Shown here piece by piece: positions 38,796 to 49,219 of a stretch of 64,000 nucleotides of DNA. Both the position numbers and the translations under genes were made by a program. The number at the start of each line of letters is the position of its first letter. The first letter of the stretch is position 1. The stretch comes from Candidatus Sumerlaeaceae bacterium (GTDB taxonomy: Bacteria > Sumerlaeota > Sumerlaeia > Sumerlaeales > Sumerlaeaceae). The notes under the pieces were generated by a model. The model saw only the letters and a list, made by a program, of their open reading frames with translations, searched no databases and was not told where the DNA came from. The DNA is taken from assembly GCA_049968255.1 (NCBI GenBank), contig JBMFRB010000006.1, positions 71,800 to 135,799 on the forward strand. Direction: 5' to 3'.

Positions 38796-40007
38796 TCAGG
38801 GATAGACTTGTCGGTGGTTGACCTCGTGGCCTTGCGGCACAACGGCGCCGGGCTTGATGCGTGCGGCTTTGCCGATAAGTGTAAGGGGCCCACGGGCTGG
38901 GTCAGGTGGCTGAGGCAATGTGCCTTCTCCCACGCGGCAGCGTGCGCCGAAAACGGCGTCGCGATCGCTAATGACGTATTCAAGCTGGGCTCCCTCGCCA
39001 ACGATGCAGTCGTGCATGAGGATGCAGTGGCGTACTGTGGCGCCCCGCTCCACTTGCACACCGGGCGAGACAATGGAGTTTTCAACGGTGCCTTCGATGA
39101 GGCATTTCGGGCCGAGGAAAGAGTGCACGACGTTGGCAGCGCTTGTGATCCGTGTTGCCGGTGCCACACCGACATCCCGAAATTCAAGATTTGTAAGAAT
39201 CCCCCAGCTCTGAAGCTCCGCAAAGCGGTCGGCGTGGAGCATTCGCATTTGCGTGTCGAAATAGTCGATCACATTTTCCATGTAGTCCCACGTGCCAGGC
39301 ATGCAGTAAGCATAGGAGTTCAGTGTATGGACGCGTGGCTCAAGCACATGCTTAGCCAGGTTGTGGTTGGTGTCGCGAGCGTTCTCGCGAAGAAGCTCTT
39401 CGAGCACTTCGCGCCGGAAGACATACATGCCCGTGGATGTGCACGTGTCGGGCGGCACATCGGGTTTTTCGATGAAGCGCTCGATGCGTGAGTTCTCTCC
39501 CACGAAGACGTAGCCAAAGCGTGACCGGCGTTGTTCGGCAAGCAGATCGCACGTAATCATGGTGACGTCGGCACGCATGTCGCAGTGGAAATTGAGCACT
39601 GGCCGAAAATCGAGGTGATAGACATGCTCGCCACTGAGCACAACGATGTGCTCCGGATTACAGTCCTCGATGAAGTTCCAGTTCTGCCAAAGAGCATCAG
39701 CCGTGCCCTTGTACCACGCTGTGGTCTCGACGCCTACGAAGGGCGGCATGATTTTCAGGCAGCGACCGTAACCATAGAGATCCCAAGGCAGGCCGACGCC
39801 TACGTGCTCGATGAGCGACGCTGGGAGATATTGAATGACTAGACCGATTTGCTCGATGCCGGAGTTCTTGAGATTCGACAGCGTGAAGTCTATTATACGA
39901 TAATGAGAGGCGAACGTGAGTGCTCCTTTGGCGCGATTGCGCGTAAGCACACCATAGAGACCTGTTTTGCCTCCGGCGAGGACCAGCGCGACCACCTTCT
40001 TCATCAT
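38796..40007 (-). CDS. Glucose-1-phosphate adenylyltransferase family protein, GlgD-like (degenerate active site)
   Basis: LAGG..., YRIIDFTLSN, WYKGTADA, FIEKP and a C-terminal left-handed beta-helix; GxGxRL and SGD motifs altered. Confidence 0.85.
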   Translation of the reverse strand: MMKKVVALVLAGGKTGLYGVLTRNRAKGALTFASHYRIIDFTLSNLKNSGIEQIGLVIQYLPASLIEHVGVGLPWDLYGYGRCLKIMPPFVGVETTAWYKGTADALWQNWNFIEDCNPEHIVVLSGEHVYHLDFRPVLNFHCDMRADVTMITCDLLAEQRRSRFGYVFVGENSRIERFIEKPDVPPDTCTSTGMYVFRREVLEELLRENARDTNHNLAKHVLEPRVHTLNSYAYCMPGTWDYMENVIDYFDTQMRMLHADRFAELQSWGILTNLEFRDVGVAPATRITSAANVVHSFLGPKCLIEGTVENSIVSPGVQVERGATVRHCILMHDCIVGEGAQLEYVISDRDAVFGARCRVGEGTLPQPPDPARGPLTLIGKAARIKPGAVVPQGHEVNHRQVYP

Positions 40008-40083
40008 TCTCCCTCCAACGCGGAAGAGCGGCTTCTTCGATTAGCGCACCCGAGCAGCTCTTCCTTTTTATCCGATGTCTAGT

Positions 40084-41412
40084 TTAGCCAGCAGCCGCCG
40101 ACAGTCTGCAAGGTTTTTGCGAGCGAAAAACGAGGCCCGTTAGCGTAAGATAGAGCGCTAGCGTTGGATAAAATTTGCTGCTCATGAGCAGGACGCCCCA
40201 GCCATGGCGAAAATGTTCGGCGTCAAACCGGATGGGAACCGCAGTGATGAGATAGCAGATAAGAGCGCCAAGCACCAAACCTTCAAAATGCAGCTCGATG
40301 CCCCGCGCAACGAGCCAGGATACGGGTAAAAGCAAAAGGATAAGATAGTGATCCCACAGAAGGGAGGGCAGCAGCAGACTGAGAAGCAACGCCATGAAGA
40401 AGAGCCCCTCCGTGGCAAGCGCGCTTGCCCTCGGATCACGTGCTAAGGTTCGACGGCTTGCGTGAAAAGCAGCGAAGACAAACAGCAGGAGCATCGTAAG
40501 GCTACCCGTGATCGTTAGCAAGTTAGCTAGCTTTTGGGAAGCGGAATACCAGCTCACGGTCACATGGTTTGCTTCCACGAAGAGATGTGTAAGAAGCGAG
40601 TTGAGGCTTTGATTCCAAGGGTCTTTCCAAAAGGTGGCGCCATAGTGCTGCCATGTGGACTTGCCGTACCCCATTTGCGCCAGCACGGGAAGAAACGCGA
40701 GGTGCATCCGCCAGCCAGCGATTGCTATCGAAACGAGGAGCAATGCGGCACATGTCGCCACCATGGCCAGCAGCGCTCTCCAGCGCTGGACAAGCAGGAG
40801 ATAAAGTGCAAAGAGTCCGGGCGCGAGCTTGAACATGGCGCCAAAACCAAGGACGGCACCGGCCAGCAAGTCGCGGGTCCGCTGAAGTGATATAAAACTA
40901 ACAACATAACATAATAATAGCACGATATTGAGTTGGCCTGCGGTAAAAGTCCGGCTGAGGGGATGAGAAATTGCTGCAAGGAGGGCGAGAACATTGAGCC
41001 AGCCAAGGGAGCCGATCAGGGGTTGGGTGAATGGGGTGAGGGTGCGGGCCCACAGGATAAGAGAGGCAAAAAGGAGCATGTGATTCGTGACAAACCAGAA
41101 ATGGGCGGCGGTGGGAAAGGAGAAAAACCTCAGGAAACCAAGCGCGATACCTGTGAATGGAAGGTAAACGTAAGGGTTTAGGGCGGCGGTTCCGAGGCCA
41201 TAGTCTTTTGCAACATCAAGCAGGGATTCTGCCGAATAGGGATCGCGGTGAGTCCAAATAGCCTGCGTTCCCAGATAAATATGTTTGAAGTCATTGCTGT
41301 GGAGATGCGTGAGAGGTTGCCAGACTTGGAAATACGCGTAGACCGCAAGAGCGGCCAGGAGCAGTGCGGGGCTATTCAAGAGTGTTCTGACAAATGTGGA
41401 GAGCATTGTCAT
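40084..41412 (-). CDS. GT87/DUF2029 family membrane glycosyltransferase (GT-C)
   Basis: NDFKHIY...DPY...PYVYLPF, GQLN, FKLAP, NQSL and WDHY motifs. Confidence 0.82.
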   Translation of the reverse strand: MTMLSTFVRTLLNSPALLLAALAVYAYFQVWQPLTHLHSNDFKHIYLGTQAIWTHRDPYSAESLLDVAKDYGLGTAALNPYVYLPFTGIALGFLRFFSFPTAAHFWFVTNHMLLFASLILWARTLTPFTQPLIGSLGWLNVLALLAAISHPLSRTFTAGQLNIVLLLCYVVSFISLQRTRDLLAGAVLGFGAMFKLAPGLFALYLLLVQRWRALLAMVATCAALLLVSIAIAGWRMHLAFLPVLAQMGYGKSTWQHYGATFWKDPWNQSLNSLLTHLFVEANHVTVSWYSASQKLANLLTITGSLTMLLLFVFAAFHASRRTLARDPRASALATEGLFFMALLLSLLLPSLLWDHYLILLLLPVSWLVARGIELHFEGLVLGALICYLITAVPIRFDAEHFRHGWGVLLMSSKFYPTLALYLTLTGLVFRSQKPCRLSAAAG

Positions 41413-43616
41413 TGGGTGGTTCGCTCGTCAACTGAGAAAATTCGGAACACTGTTACACCGGGTGGAATTCGCACCCGCTGCGTACTGCAGTGCGAGAGAA
41501 GACTCTCGTAGAGCTGCCATTCGTGTGGCGAGAACCTTGGCTTCCAATAGCGGGCCAGCTGCGGGGCTAGCTCAGTATCGTTGACGAGAATCCAGGCAAT
41601 TCCACGGCGATGAAGCGCTTTGAGTAAGGCGGGAACATCAGTGGTTTTCTCCTCCCGCATTATGGCAAGAATGGCCGGGGTGTCGAACCAGTCGCTCCAA
41701 ATGCCCTCGAACGGTGCATAGAAAATTCTATGTTCGCCAATGAGGAGCACTTTTTCCCCCGTGCGCACGTGATCGCCAAGCCAACGGTATGCGCGATAGT
41801 AATTCAATGCCTCGGCCAGATACTCATCACGGGAAAGCGCCCCAGAAAGATACGCGCTCGTCGGTGGACGATGAATGGTGGTCACGTACTGGACGTTGTA
41901 GAGAAGCCCGTAAAACGCGGTTAGCGCGCACGCGATGAAGCCCGCGCGACGCGCCCAGCTCTGCATTGCTAAATGGGAAAGGCCAAAGGACGCTCCGAGA
42001 AAAAACAGAGCGGTTGGGGGACCGAGCATACGGTTGCTCTGATACGTGAAGAACCAGAGCGCGTAGAGGAGCAACGCAAACACAAAGATGAAGATGTGCC
42101 ATGTGCGCCCTGTGCGAGCACGGCAAAGAAGAAAACCGGGCGCGGCGAGCAGCAAGCCAACAAGCAGGTGGGCACTGAGGAAGTGGTGCTCGAAGGCTAT
42201 CCAGTGAAAGGTTGCAGCCAGGGGCGAAAGGAGAACATTTGCAGGAGTCTTTGAGATTCCTTTTTCCGCCATCTTTGCTGCGTAGAGGGAAACATTCGCG
42301 GGGCCGAATTCCCCGTACCCGAAAATCGAGCCAGCCAACGGATAGAGTGGATTTCCGGTGTAGGCGATGTTTTTCGCAAACCAAACAAACGAGGTCAGCA
42401 CCATGAGTGCGAGAGCGAAAAGAAAGTTCCGCACGAGTTTGCGAATGGGTCTTGGTTGAGAACGTTGAGCAGTGAGGTGAAGGCTCAGCACGGCAGGAAT
42501 CATCAAGGCTACGTAGGCTAGGCTCGTATACTTTGTGCCAAGGGCGGCGCCAAGGACAGAACCTAAAACAGCAAAATCAGACAGTCGGCCGCGTTCTAGT
42601 GCAAGATAGGCAGCAAAAATGCTGACAAGCCAGTAGAACGTGACCGCCTGATCAATGAAAGGCCAGGCGGCGACAATGGCATGGGCTGGCATCGTCCAGT
42701 AAAGCCACGTTGGAAGCCATGCGACGACTTGGCCAACAGACGAGCGGCTCCAACGGCGTGCGTGCGCGTGTAACATACGCGCTGTCATCGCGTACAACGT
42801 TCCGCCGGCTGCTAAAAAGAACGTGAAGTGAACGAGCTGGGCTTGCTCAGGCAAGCCGGCCGCAACCCCAAAAGCAAAGTGCATCTCGATGAGAAAGGGA
42901 AAGTTACTGAAGGCGTTAAGGGGGAGGTAAACAACACGCCCACGGCGAAGCCACTCCTGTATGGCTGCAAGATGATAGCGCATCCCATCGGACTGAATCG
43001 GTGGCGTGAGGGCGTACAGAAGCAAGAAAAATAGATAAATTGTTATTAACGTTGAGAGAGCAGTGAAGACTGGCGTTTTCCCCCCTAACCGCAAATGCGC
43101 CCATTTGCCTCGCCAACACGCACGTGCAGAGGGGACAAAAAACAGCCAGCCAACGAGAAGCATGGCTATAAACCCCCCGCTGCGGAAGCCCCCAGCCAGC
43201 CCCATCACTACTGTGGCTAGACCTAACCACAAAATGCCCAGAGAAAAGCGCAAAATTGTGCGCTCGTTGCGGGTGAGGTGATAGAGCAAAAAGCGTTGCC
43301 CCAGCCCACCCCAGCCTAGGACAGCGCCTAGCCACACGAAAAACAGTCCGATATTTTTCCATGTCTCAGCGCGGAGAAGAAACGCAGGCAACGCACTGAC
43401 AATTGCTGTTATCCCGTTAATGAGTTTACTAGGTGAGATAGCAGCATCCCATTGATTTGGGCTAGGCTGATCGGAGGGCCAATTGCACCAAATTGGCAAC
43501 GCGACAGCGACGACAAATGCTTGCACGACTAGTGTCGTGGCTATAAGATGTGTCGCACGCTGGCTCAAGCTCGGCGTCATGCTCCAGGTTTTTTTAGTTG
43601 GTTTTGGGACGCTCAC
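41409..43616 (-). CDS. GT-C fold (ArnT/PMT-like) integral membrane protein
   Basis: PPIQSDGMRYHL, SNFPFLIEM, GTKYT, KNIAYTGNPLYP; 4-bp overlap with the GT87 gene. Confidence 0.75.
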   Translation of the reverse strand: MSVPKPTKKTWSMTPSLSQRATHLIATTLVVQAFVVAVALPIWCNWPSDQPSPNQWDAAISPSKLINGITAIVSALPAFLLRAETWKNIGLFFVWLGAVLGWGGLGQRFLLYHLTRNERTILRFSLGILWLGLATVVMGLAGGFRSGGFIAMLLVGWLFFVPSARACWRGKWAHLRLGGKTPVFTALSTLITIYLFFLLLYALTPPIQSDGMRYHLAAIQEWLRRGRVVYLPLNAFSNFPFLIEMHFAFGVAAGLPEQAQLVHFTFFLAAGGTLYAMTARMLHAHARRWSRSSVGQVVAWLPTWLYWTMPAHAIVAAWPFIDQAVTFYWLVSIFAAYLALERGRLSDFAVLGSVLGAALGTKYTSLAYVALMIPAVLSLHLTAQRSQPRPIRKLVRNFLFALALMVLTSFVWFAKNIAYTGNPLYPLAGSIFGYGEFGPANVSLYAAKMAEKGISKTPANVLLSPLAATFHWIAFEHHFLSAHLLVGLLLAAPGFLLCRARTGRTWHIFIFVFALLLYALWFFTYQSNRMLGPPTALFFLGASFGLSHLAMQSWARRAGFIACALTAFYGLLYNVQYVTTIHRPPTSAYLSGALSRDEYLAEALNYYRAYRWLGDHVRTGEKVLLIGEHRIFYAPFEGIWSDWFDTPAILAIMREEKTTDVPALLKALHRRGIAWILVNDTELAPQLARYWKPRFSPHEWQLYESLLSHCSTQRVRIPPGVTVFRIFSVDERTTQ

Positions 43617-43630
43617 AAATCTCTTCGTGC

Positions 43631-45283
43631 CTACCAGCGAAATGCGTTCTCACAGGCCGTGTCCGGGTCGCGTCCTTTTCCTGGGCCGTACAGGATCTTG
43701 CCCGGAAGTGCACCCGTGAGTTTCCCCTCCTCGATAACGAAACGTCCGTTGACCATCACGTAATCGAATCCCTCAGCATATGCATGAGGCTGATCGAACG
43801 TTGTTTTCTCTTTTACGCGATCAAGATCGAAAACGACGAGATCGGCAGTCATGCCCGGCCTCAGAATACCGCGATCGAAGATGTGCATGCGCTGAGCGGC
43901 CAGCGAGGTCATCCGGCGCACAGCTTCTTCAAGATGCAGCAGCTTCAGCTCGCGGACGTAGCGCTGAAGGATCCGTGCGTTGTTGCCATAGCCGCGAGGA
44001 TGGGGGACGCCGACACCGAAGGCGCGCACACCAGAGTCCGACGCAAACGCGGTGTTGTGATGGCAAGCCACACGTTGGACATCGTCTTCGGCCATACTGT
44101 GGAAGACCATACTGGCGCCACCGCTGGTCATAATATCCACGACAACCTGCGCTTGCGCATGCCAAGAATCGCAACCGTAGCGCTCGCGTGCGAGTTCTAA
44201 CAGGTTCTTGCCATTGATTGATGGATCCGCCCGGCAGCTAGCCACGACGGCATAGCCGAGATCTTTCCGGCCGGACTTATCACGGCGCTCTTCGATGATC
44301 CCTGCGATGATTTTTTCGCGCGTAGCCGGATCTCGTAGACGCGACTGTACTTCCTCGCGCGTTCCTTCGACGGCCCAGTCGGGCAACATAGTCGAGATGC
44401 TCGTGGATGAGGCTGTGTAAACATATTGGTCGCACGCGACGTCAATACCGGAGTCCCGTGCTTTGTCCATCATGGCGAGTGTGATTGTGGTTTGGCCGAA
44501 ACGCATGGGTGCGACAATTTTGTGGTGCGAGACCTGAACGGGAATCTTCGCAGCGAGGCCGACTGTCAGAGCCTCATCCAAAGCGTTGATCACGTCGATT
44601 CCTTCGCTGCGCATGTGGGTGGCGTAGATGCCGCCGAAGCGAGCCACTTCCTTGGCTAGCTCAGTAATTTCCGGCGTTTTTGAGTAGATGCCTGGCGTGT
44701 AGATAAGGCCGGTGGAGAGACCGAGGGCGCCGTCTTTCATGGCTTCGCGGACGAGGCGCTTCATTTCGGCAAGTTCGGTGGTGCTAGGATCGCGTGCGAC
44801 GTTTTTCATTACGGCGAAGCGCACCGTATTGTGGCCAATGAGTGAGGCAACATTCACCCCGAGGCCGCGCAGCGACATCGATGTGAACGCTTCATCGAGA
44901 CGTAGATAGGAACTGCCGCAATTGCCCGTGATCACAGTGGTCACGCCCATACGCACGAAGTTCTCGGCCTGGGGCATCTTGAGGAGATCATCTTCGCAAT
45001 GCGTGTGCACGTCCACAAAACCGGGCGTGACGTAGCGCTCGTGGGCATCAATGACTAGCGGCGCTGTGGCGCAAGGATCCAACTTGCCGATTGTGGCGAT
45101 CTTCTCGCCCTTGATTGCCACATCGCCACGGAACCAAGGTGCAGCCGTGCCATCAATGATTCGGCCGTTGCGGATGATGATATCGTAGTGAGGCGGCGTG
45201 GCTAGGTCATTTGCGGAGAAAGCAGTCAGCGCAGCTTCAAATACGGCCGCCACTCCAAGTAGCCAGAGGGGATGTTTTGGCAT
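43631..45283 (-). CDS. N-acyl-D-amino-acid deacylase (D-aminoacylase) with signal peptide
   Basis: PGFVDVHTH, GVTTVITGNCG, GLSTGLIYTPG, HMRSE, SHHK, ASD, PHPRGYG and ADLVVFD. Confidence 0.93.
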   Translation of the reverse strand: MPKHPLWLLGVAAVFEAALTAFSANDLATPPHYDIIIRNGRIIDGTAAPWFRGDVAIKGEKIATIGKLDPCATAPLVIDAHERYVTPGFVDVHTHCEDDLLKMPQAENFVRMGVTTVITGNCGSSYLRLDEAFTSMSLRGLGVNVASLIGHNTVRFAVMKNVARDPSTTELAEMKRLVREAMKDGALGLSTGLIYTPGIYSKTPEITELAKEVARFGGIYATHMRSEGIDVINALDEALTVGLAAKIPVQVSHHKIVAPMRFGQTTITLAMMDKARDSGIDVACDQYVYTASSTSISTMLPDWAVEGTREEVQSRLRDPATREKIIAGIIEERRDKSGRKDLGYAVVASCRADPSINGKNLLELARERYGCDSWHAQAQVVVDIMTSGGASMVFHSMAEDDVQRVACHHNTAFASDSGVRAFGVGVPHPRGYGNNARILQRYVRELKLLHLEEAVRRMTSLAAQRMHIFDRGILRPGMTADLVVFDLDRVKEKTTFDQPHAYAEGFDYVMVNGRFVIEEGKLTGALPGKILYGPGKGRDPDTACENAFRW

Positions 45284-45377
45284 GCTTATGGATCCTCCTA
45301 ACATTTCATTTTCACTGAAAAGTATCGGCTTGAGGCGTTGACACGTGTCACTGCCCGCACGATGCTTTGCGCCGCTA

Positions 45378-46783
45378 TGCAAAAGAGTTCATCCAGCCAA
45401 CCAACACTTGCCGAACTTTTTCGCAATGGCAATTTCGTGAAGTTCTGGGTTGGGCAGGTCATTTCGTATTTGGGTGACCGGGTCGACCAAATGGCGATGA
45501 TTGCTGTGGTGAGCGCGGGCGTGAAGGGGGCCATTGCTGCAGATCGCGCAAATATGATCACCTTCTGGGCCACCCTGCCGTACGTTTTTATGAGTTTTAT
45601 TGCGGGCCCTGTCGTTGATCGCTTTGATCGCCGACGCCTTATGATTGCGCTCGATATTTTTCGTGCGCTTGTTGTTGTGGCTCTGCCCTTCACAATTTCG
45701 CCTGAGCACGACGTGAGGGTCATCTATGCGCTGGTCCTTCTTATTGGATGTGCCACGGCGATCTTTGCTCCGGCAAAGAGCGCGTTTCTGCCGGAAATCG
45801 TTTCCGAGCGGCAATTGTTGCGTGCGAACTCTGTGACCGCTACCATGGGCACTCTAACGACGCTTTTCGGTACCATGATTGGCGGTGCTCTTGTGTCCGG
45901 TCTCTCGCGACTGAACGATATCGCGCACCACACGATTCCAGCACTCAGCGTCATTAAGATGCCTTTAGGAATCGCAGCTGCTTTCGTGATAGATTCTGCC
46001 AGTTATTTGGTGTCGGCTCTGCTGCTCTGGTTGATCGTGGTTCAGGCTCAGGAGCGGGACCAAGTTGCGAAGCGCCAGTCGGCCTTTCGTTCGGAAGATG
46101 GCTTCTTGCGCCGTGCCTTCGATGGGGTGATCTTCTTGGCGCGGCATCGCGTGCCCGCTGTAGCAGCTTTTATGGTTTCGTGGTTTTTCTTTATTGGAGG
46201 AGGTTATTTCACGCTGACGACTAAGCTCACGTACCTTCGGCTTGTGAAATCGGAAGCCAATGCCACGCTGCAGTTGGGTTTGGCTTACGGCGTTTTGGGG
46301 CTTGGTCTTGCGATCGGTGGAATTCTTGCAGGGCGAGTGGCGGCGCACTTGCATCTTCGCTATTTTTTGCCCGCGTGCTTTGTCACGGCGGCAGCCCTCA
46401 TGTTGCTGAATCTTTTGCCGCTGCCACCGGCGACACTCTACTGGGTGAATTTGGCTATTGGTCTGGCAGCAGGTGGGGTCGTGGTTTCGACGGAAACGGT
46501 CATGCAACGCGCTGTGCCTGACCAAATGCGTGGGCGCGTGTTTGCGTTCAACAATCTGGTGCTCAACATTCTACTTTTGAGCTCCATTCTCGCAGGGAGC
46601 ACGATATTGAAAGAGGGCGGGGAACTAGCGGCCCGCTTCGGCGGCGATGAGCAGCGACTTGCTCAGCTCGCGTTGATCTTGAGCGGGCTTGCGATGATTG
46701 GCGCAGGCGTCGGTGCAATAGGTTTTCCGCGCGGATTGTCGATCGCCACAGTGCGCCAAACTGATGCTTCGCAGGCCGACTAA
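45378..46783 (+). CDS. MFS transporter (H+ antiporter/MFS_3-like)
   Basis: FWVGQVISYLGD, GPVVDRFDRRRLM (MFS motif A), VPDQMRGRVF; about 12 TM segments. Confidence 0.9.
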
Positions 46784-46833
46784 GTCGCGTGAATGCCGCG
46801 CGAGGCCATGAATCCTGAGCAAGTGCGACGCTT

Positions 46834-48417
46834 TTAGTAAAGTGGTTCCTTCGGGCGCGCCTGTTTGACAGAATCTGGCGGCTTTGCGCAACGTTCATAG
46901 AGAAGCAGCATGGACCAGATACGGCGTGCGAGGTCATGCGTGAGCTGGCCTTCGGTGAGTCGCCAAGTCCAGTTGCCTTCCGCGCGGCCAGGGAAATTCA
47001 TTCGTGCATCCGAATCAAGCCCCAGAAAGTCCTGGGCGGGTACAATTGCCGTGTTGGCAACTGACATGAAGCTGGCGCGGATAAGATCCCAATTGGCCGC
47101 ATTGCCGTCGGTGGCGAGATAGAGCTGCATGCACGTGCGCTCCTCGGGTTTTGAGCTGTGCCGCCACCAACCGATCGTCGTGTCGTTGTCATGTGTTCCG
47201 GTATAGACCACTGTGTTGGCGTCGTGATGATGCAGCATGAAGGGATTGTTGGGATCTGGGACAAAAGGATCTGTCGTGATGACCGACCAAGCAAACTGCA
47301 TGACACGCATCCCGGGAAAACCGAATTCTTTGCGAACGGCAACGACATCGGTTGTGATTTCGCCGAGGTCTTCTGCAATAATGGGAAGTGAGCCAAGATA
47401 GCGTTTGAGCACTTCAAAGAGTTTGCGGCCTGGCCCACGAACCCACTGACCAGTTTCTGCAGTGGGACTACCATAGGGCACGCTCCAATAGCCCATGAAA
47501 CCGCGAAAATGATCGAGGCGAACGATGTCCACGAGAGCAAAAATCGAGCGCATGCGATCCACCCACCACTCGAAGCCCTGGCGCTCCATGAGCTTCCAAT
47601 TGTAGATGGGATTGCCCCAGAGCTGGCCCGTGACACTGAAATAATCCGGCGGAACGCCGGCCACGTGGGTGGGAGTGCCGTGTTCATCCAGGAGGAAGAG
47701 CTCTTGGTGAGCCCACACGTCCGCGCTGTCGTAGGCGACATAGATGGGGGCGTCGCCGATCATCTCGATGCCACGGCGATGGCACTCGGCGCGAAGAGCA
47801 TCCCATTGGCGAAAGAAGAGAAATTGTGCGAAGCGATGATAGTCGATGAGCTCTGCAAATTGCTTGCGGGCTTTTTGCAGCGCTGATTTGCGGAATGAGC
47901 ACAACTCCGGTTCCCAAGTGTACCACGGCGCACCGCCATGGGAATCCTTGCACGCCATGAAGAGGGCAAAATCATCAAGCCACTTGGCAACATCCTGGCG
48001 TGCGGCAAACCGCACGAACTCTTCGCGAAGCCATGTGAATTTGTCGTCAAAGAACCGGCGAAATGCCTTTTGCAAAAGCTCACGCTTCCACTGAATCACC
48101 CAGCCATAGTCCACGCGATGCGCGGGAAATGGGGGAGGCGAGATTTCCTCGGGGGTCAACAGCCCCTCGGCCACAAGCTGCTCGGGACTGATGAGCAGGG
48201 GGTTCCCGGCAAAAGCCGAAAAACACTGGTAGGGGCTGTCGCCAAAACTTGTGGGCCCAAGCGGAAGAACTTGCCAATACGCAAGGCCCGCCGACTGCAT
48301 CCACTCAAGGAAGCGGTAAGCTTGCGGGCCAAGATCCCCAATTCCGAAGGGTCCCGGCAGGCTCGTCGGGTGCAACAGGATTCCAGCAAGACGCCGATCC
48401 AGCGGCATAAGATCCAT
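46834..48417 (-). CDS. malQ: 4-alpha-glucanotransferase (amylomaltase, GH77)
   Basis: GILLHPTSLPG, WQVLPLGP, SPY, GVPPDYFS.TGQLWGNP, RLDHFRG, AEDLG and YTGTHDNDT. Confidence 0.97.
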   Translation of the reverse strand: MDLMPLDRRLAGILLHPTSLPGPFGIGDLGPQAYRFLEWMQSAGLAYWQVLPLGPTSFGDSPYQCFSAFAGNPLLISPEQLVAEGLLTPEEISPPPFPAHRVDYGWVIQWKRELLQKAFRRFFDDKFTWLREEFVRFAARQDVAKWLDDFALFMACKDSHGGAPWYTWEPELCSFRKSALQKARKQFAELIDYHRFAQFLFFRQWDALRAECHRRGIEMIGDAPIYVAYDSADVWAHQELFLLDEHGTPTHVAGVPPDYFSVTGQLWGNPIYNWKLMERQGFEWWVDRMRSIFALVDIVRLDHFRGFMGYWSVPYGSPTAETGQWVRGPGRKLFEVLKRYLGSLPIIAEDLGEITTDVVAVRKEFGFPGMRVMQFAWSVITTDPFVPDPNNPFMLHHHDANTVVYTGTHDNDTTIGWWRHSSKPEERTCMQLYLATDGNAANWDLIRASFMSVANTAIVPAQDFLGLDSDARMNFPGRAEGNWTWRLTEGQLTHDLARRIWSMLLLYERCAKPPDSVKQARPKEPLY

Positions 48418-48516
48418 CGCTCCTGAACGAAAATCAAGCGGCCCGTCATACGAGCCCGATTTGCGTAACAGCGCGAGGGGGAAGGTATTCTTGAACTTGC
48501 AGTGCGCCGCGCGATC

Positions 48517-48966
48517 TCAGGGGATATCGCGGCCCTCTGTGGTGAGAACAATGCGACCATGCTTGACGCCCTTGCTGGCAACGAGCTCATCCGCGAGCGC
48601 CCGCACACGGCCCGCCTCGCCACGAAGAATCACGACTTCAAGGCAATTGTCATTGTCGAGATGCACGTGCGTGGCTGAGACGACTAGGTCGGTGTGGTGA
48701 TGTTGCAAGTCACCGAGACGCTCTGACACTTGGTGGTTGTGGTGATCATAGACTAGCGTCACCGTAGCAGCCACCTTGCCTTTTGCGTCGCGCCATTGTT
48801 CCTCCACAAGTTTTGCTCGGATGAGATCGCGAATGGCCTCGCTCCGGTTTGCATACCCTTGTTTTGCAATAAGCTGATCGAACTTTGCGAGAAGTCTCGC
48901 ATCCATGGAAACCGTGTAGCGAGCCGCTCCCCGCTCGTTGGACTCTTTTTTCACCAAAGCACTCAC
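48517..48966 (-). CDS. nikR: Nickel-responsive transcriptional regulator NikR
   Basis: Ribbon-helix-helix RYTVSMD...GYANRSEAIRDLIR; LVYDHH; Ni site QHHH...HVHLDNDNCLEV. Confidence 0.95.
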   Translation of the reverse strand: MSALVKKESNERGAARYTVSMDARLLAKFDQLIAKQGYANRSEAIRDLIRAKLVEEQWRDAKGKVAATVTLVYDHHNHQVSERLGDLQHHHTDLVVSATHVHLDNDNCLEVVILRGEAGRVRALADELVASKGVKHGRIVLTTEGRDIP

Positions 48967-49177
48967 CTCAGAGTTTCAACTTTTGTCGCTGACCACATCT
49001 ACTGTGTATGCTGCGCAAATCAGCGTTTTCAATTGTTCAGAGTATCGCCCGCTTCTGGACTGCCACATTTTCCTCATGCTCTACGGAAAGCTAACCGAAA
49101 ACGAAGGTTCAAGCTCGCGCGGGAGGCAGTATGCTTAGAGTTGAATAAAAATTGGTGGGATTTTGTTGCATTGCAGT

Positions 49178-49204
49178 GTCATACGATTTTTAAAAACGTG
49201 TGAA
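49178..49204. promoter_or_regulatory. Candidate NikR operator overlapping the RBS of the pilin-like gene
   Basis: Imperfect palindrome TCATACG-ATTTTTAAAAA-CGTGTGA (49179-49203), also readable as GTCATAC-N13-GTGTGAA, abutting GAAAGGAG. Confidence 0.55.
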
Positions 49205-49219
49205 AGGAGATTGTTTTCG

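Noticed and set aside
49129-49184. E. coli-type NikR site formed by GTATGC (49129) and TCATAC (49179)
   Set aside because: The 44-bp spacing is far from the 16 bp of the E. coli operator; the tighter palindrome at 49178-49204 is the better candidate
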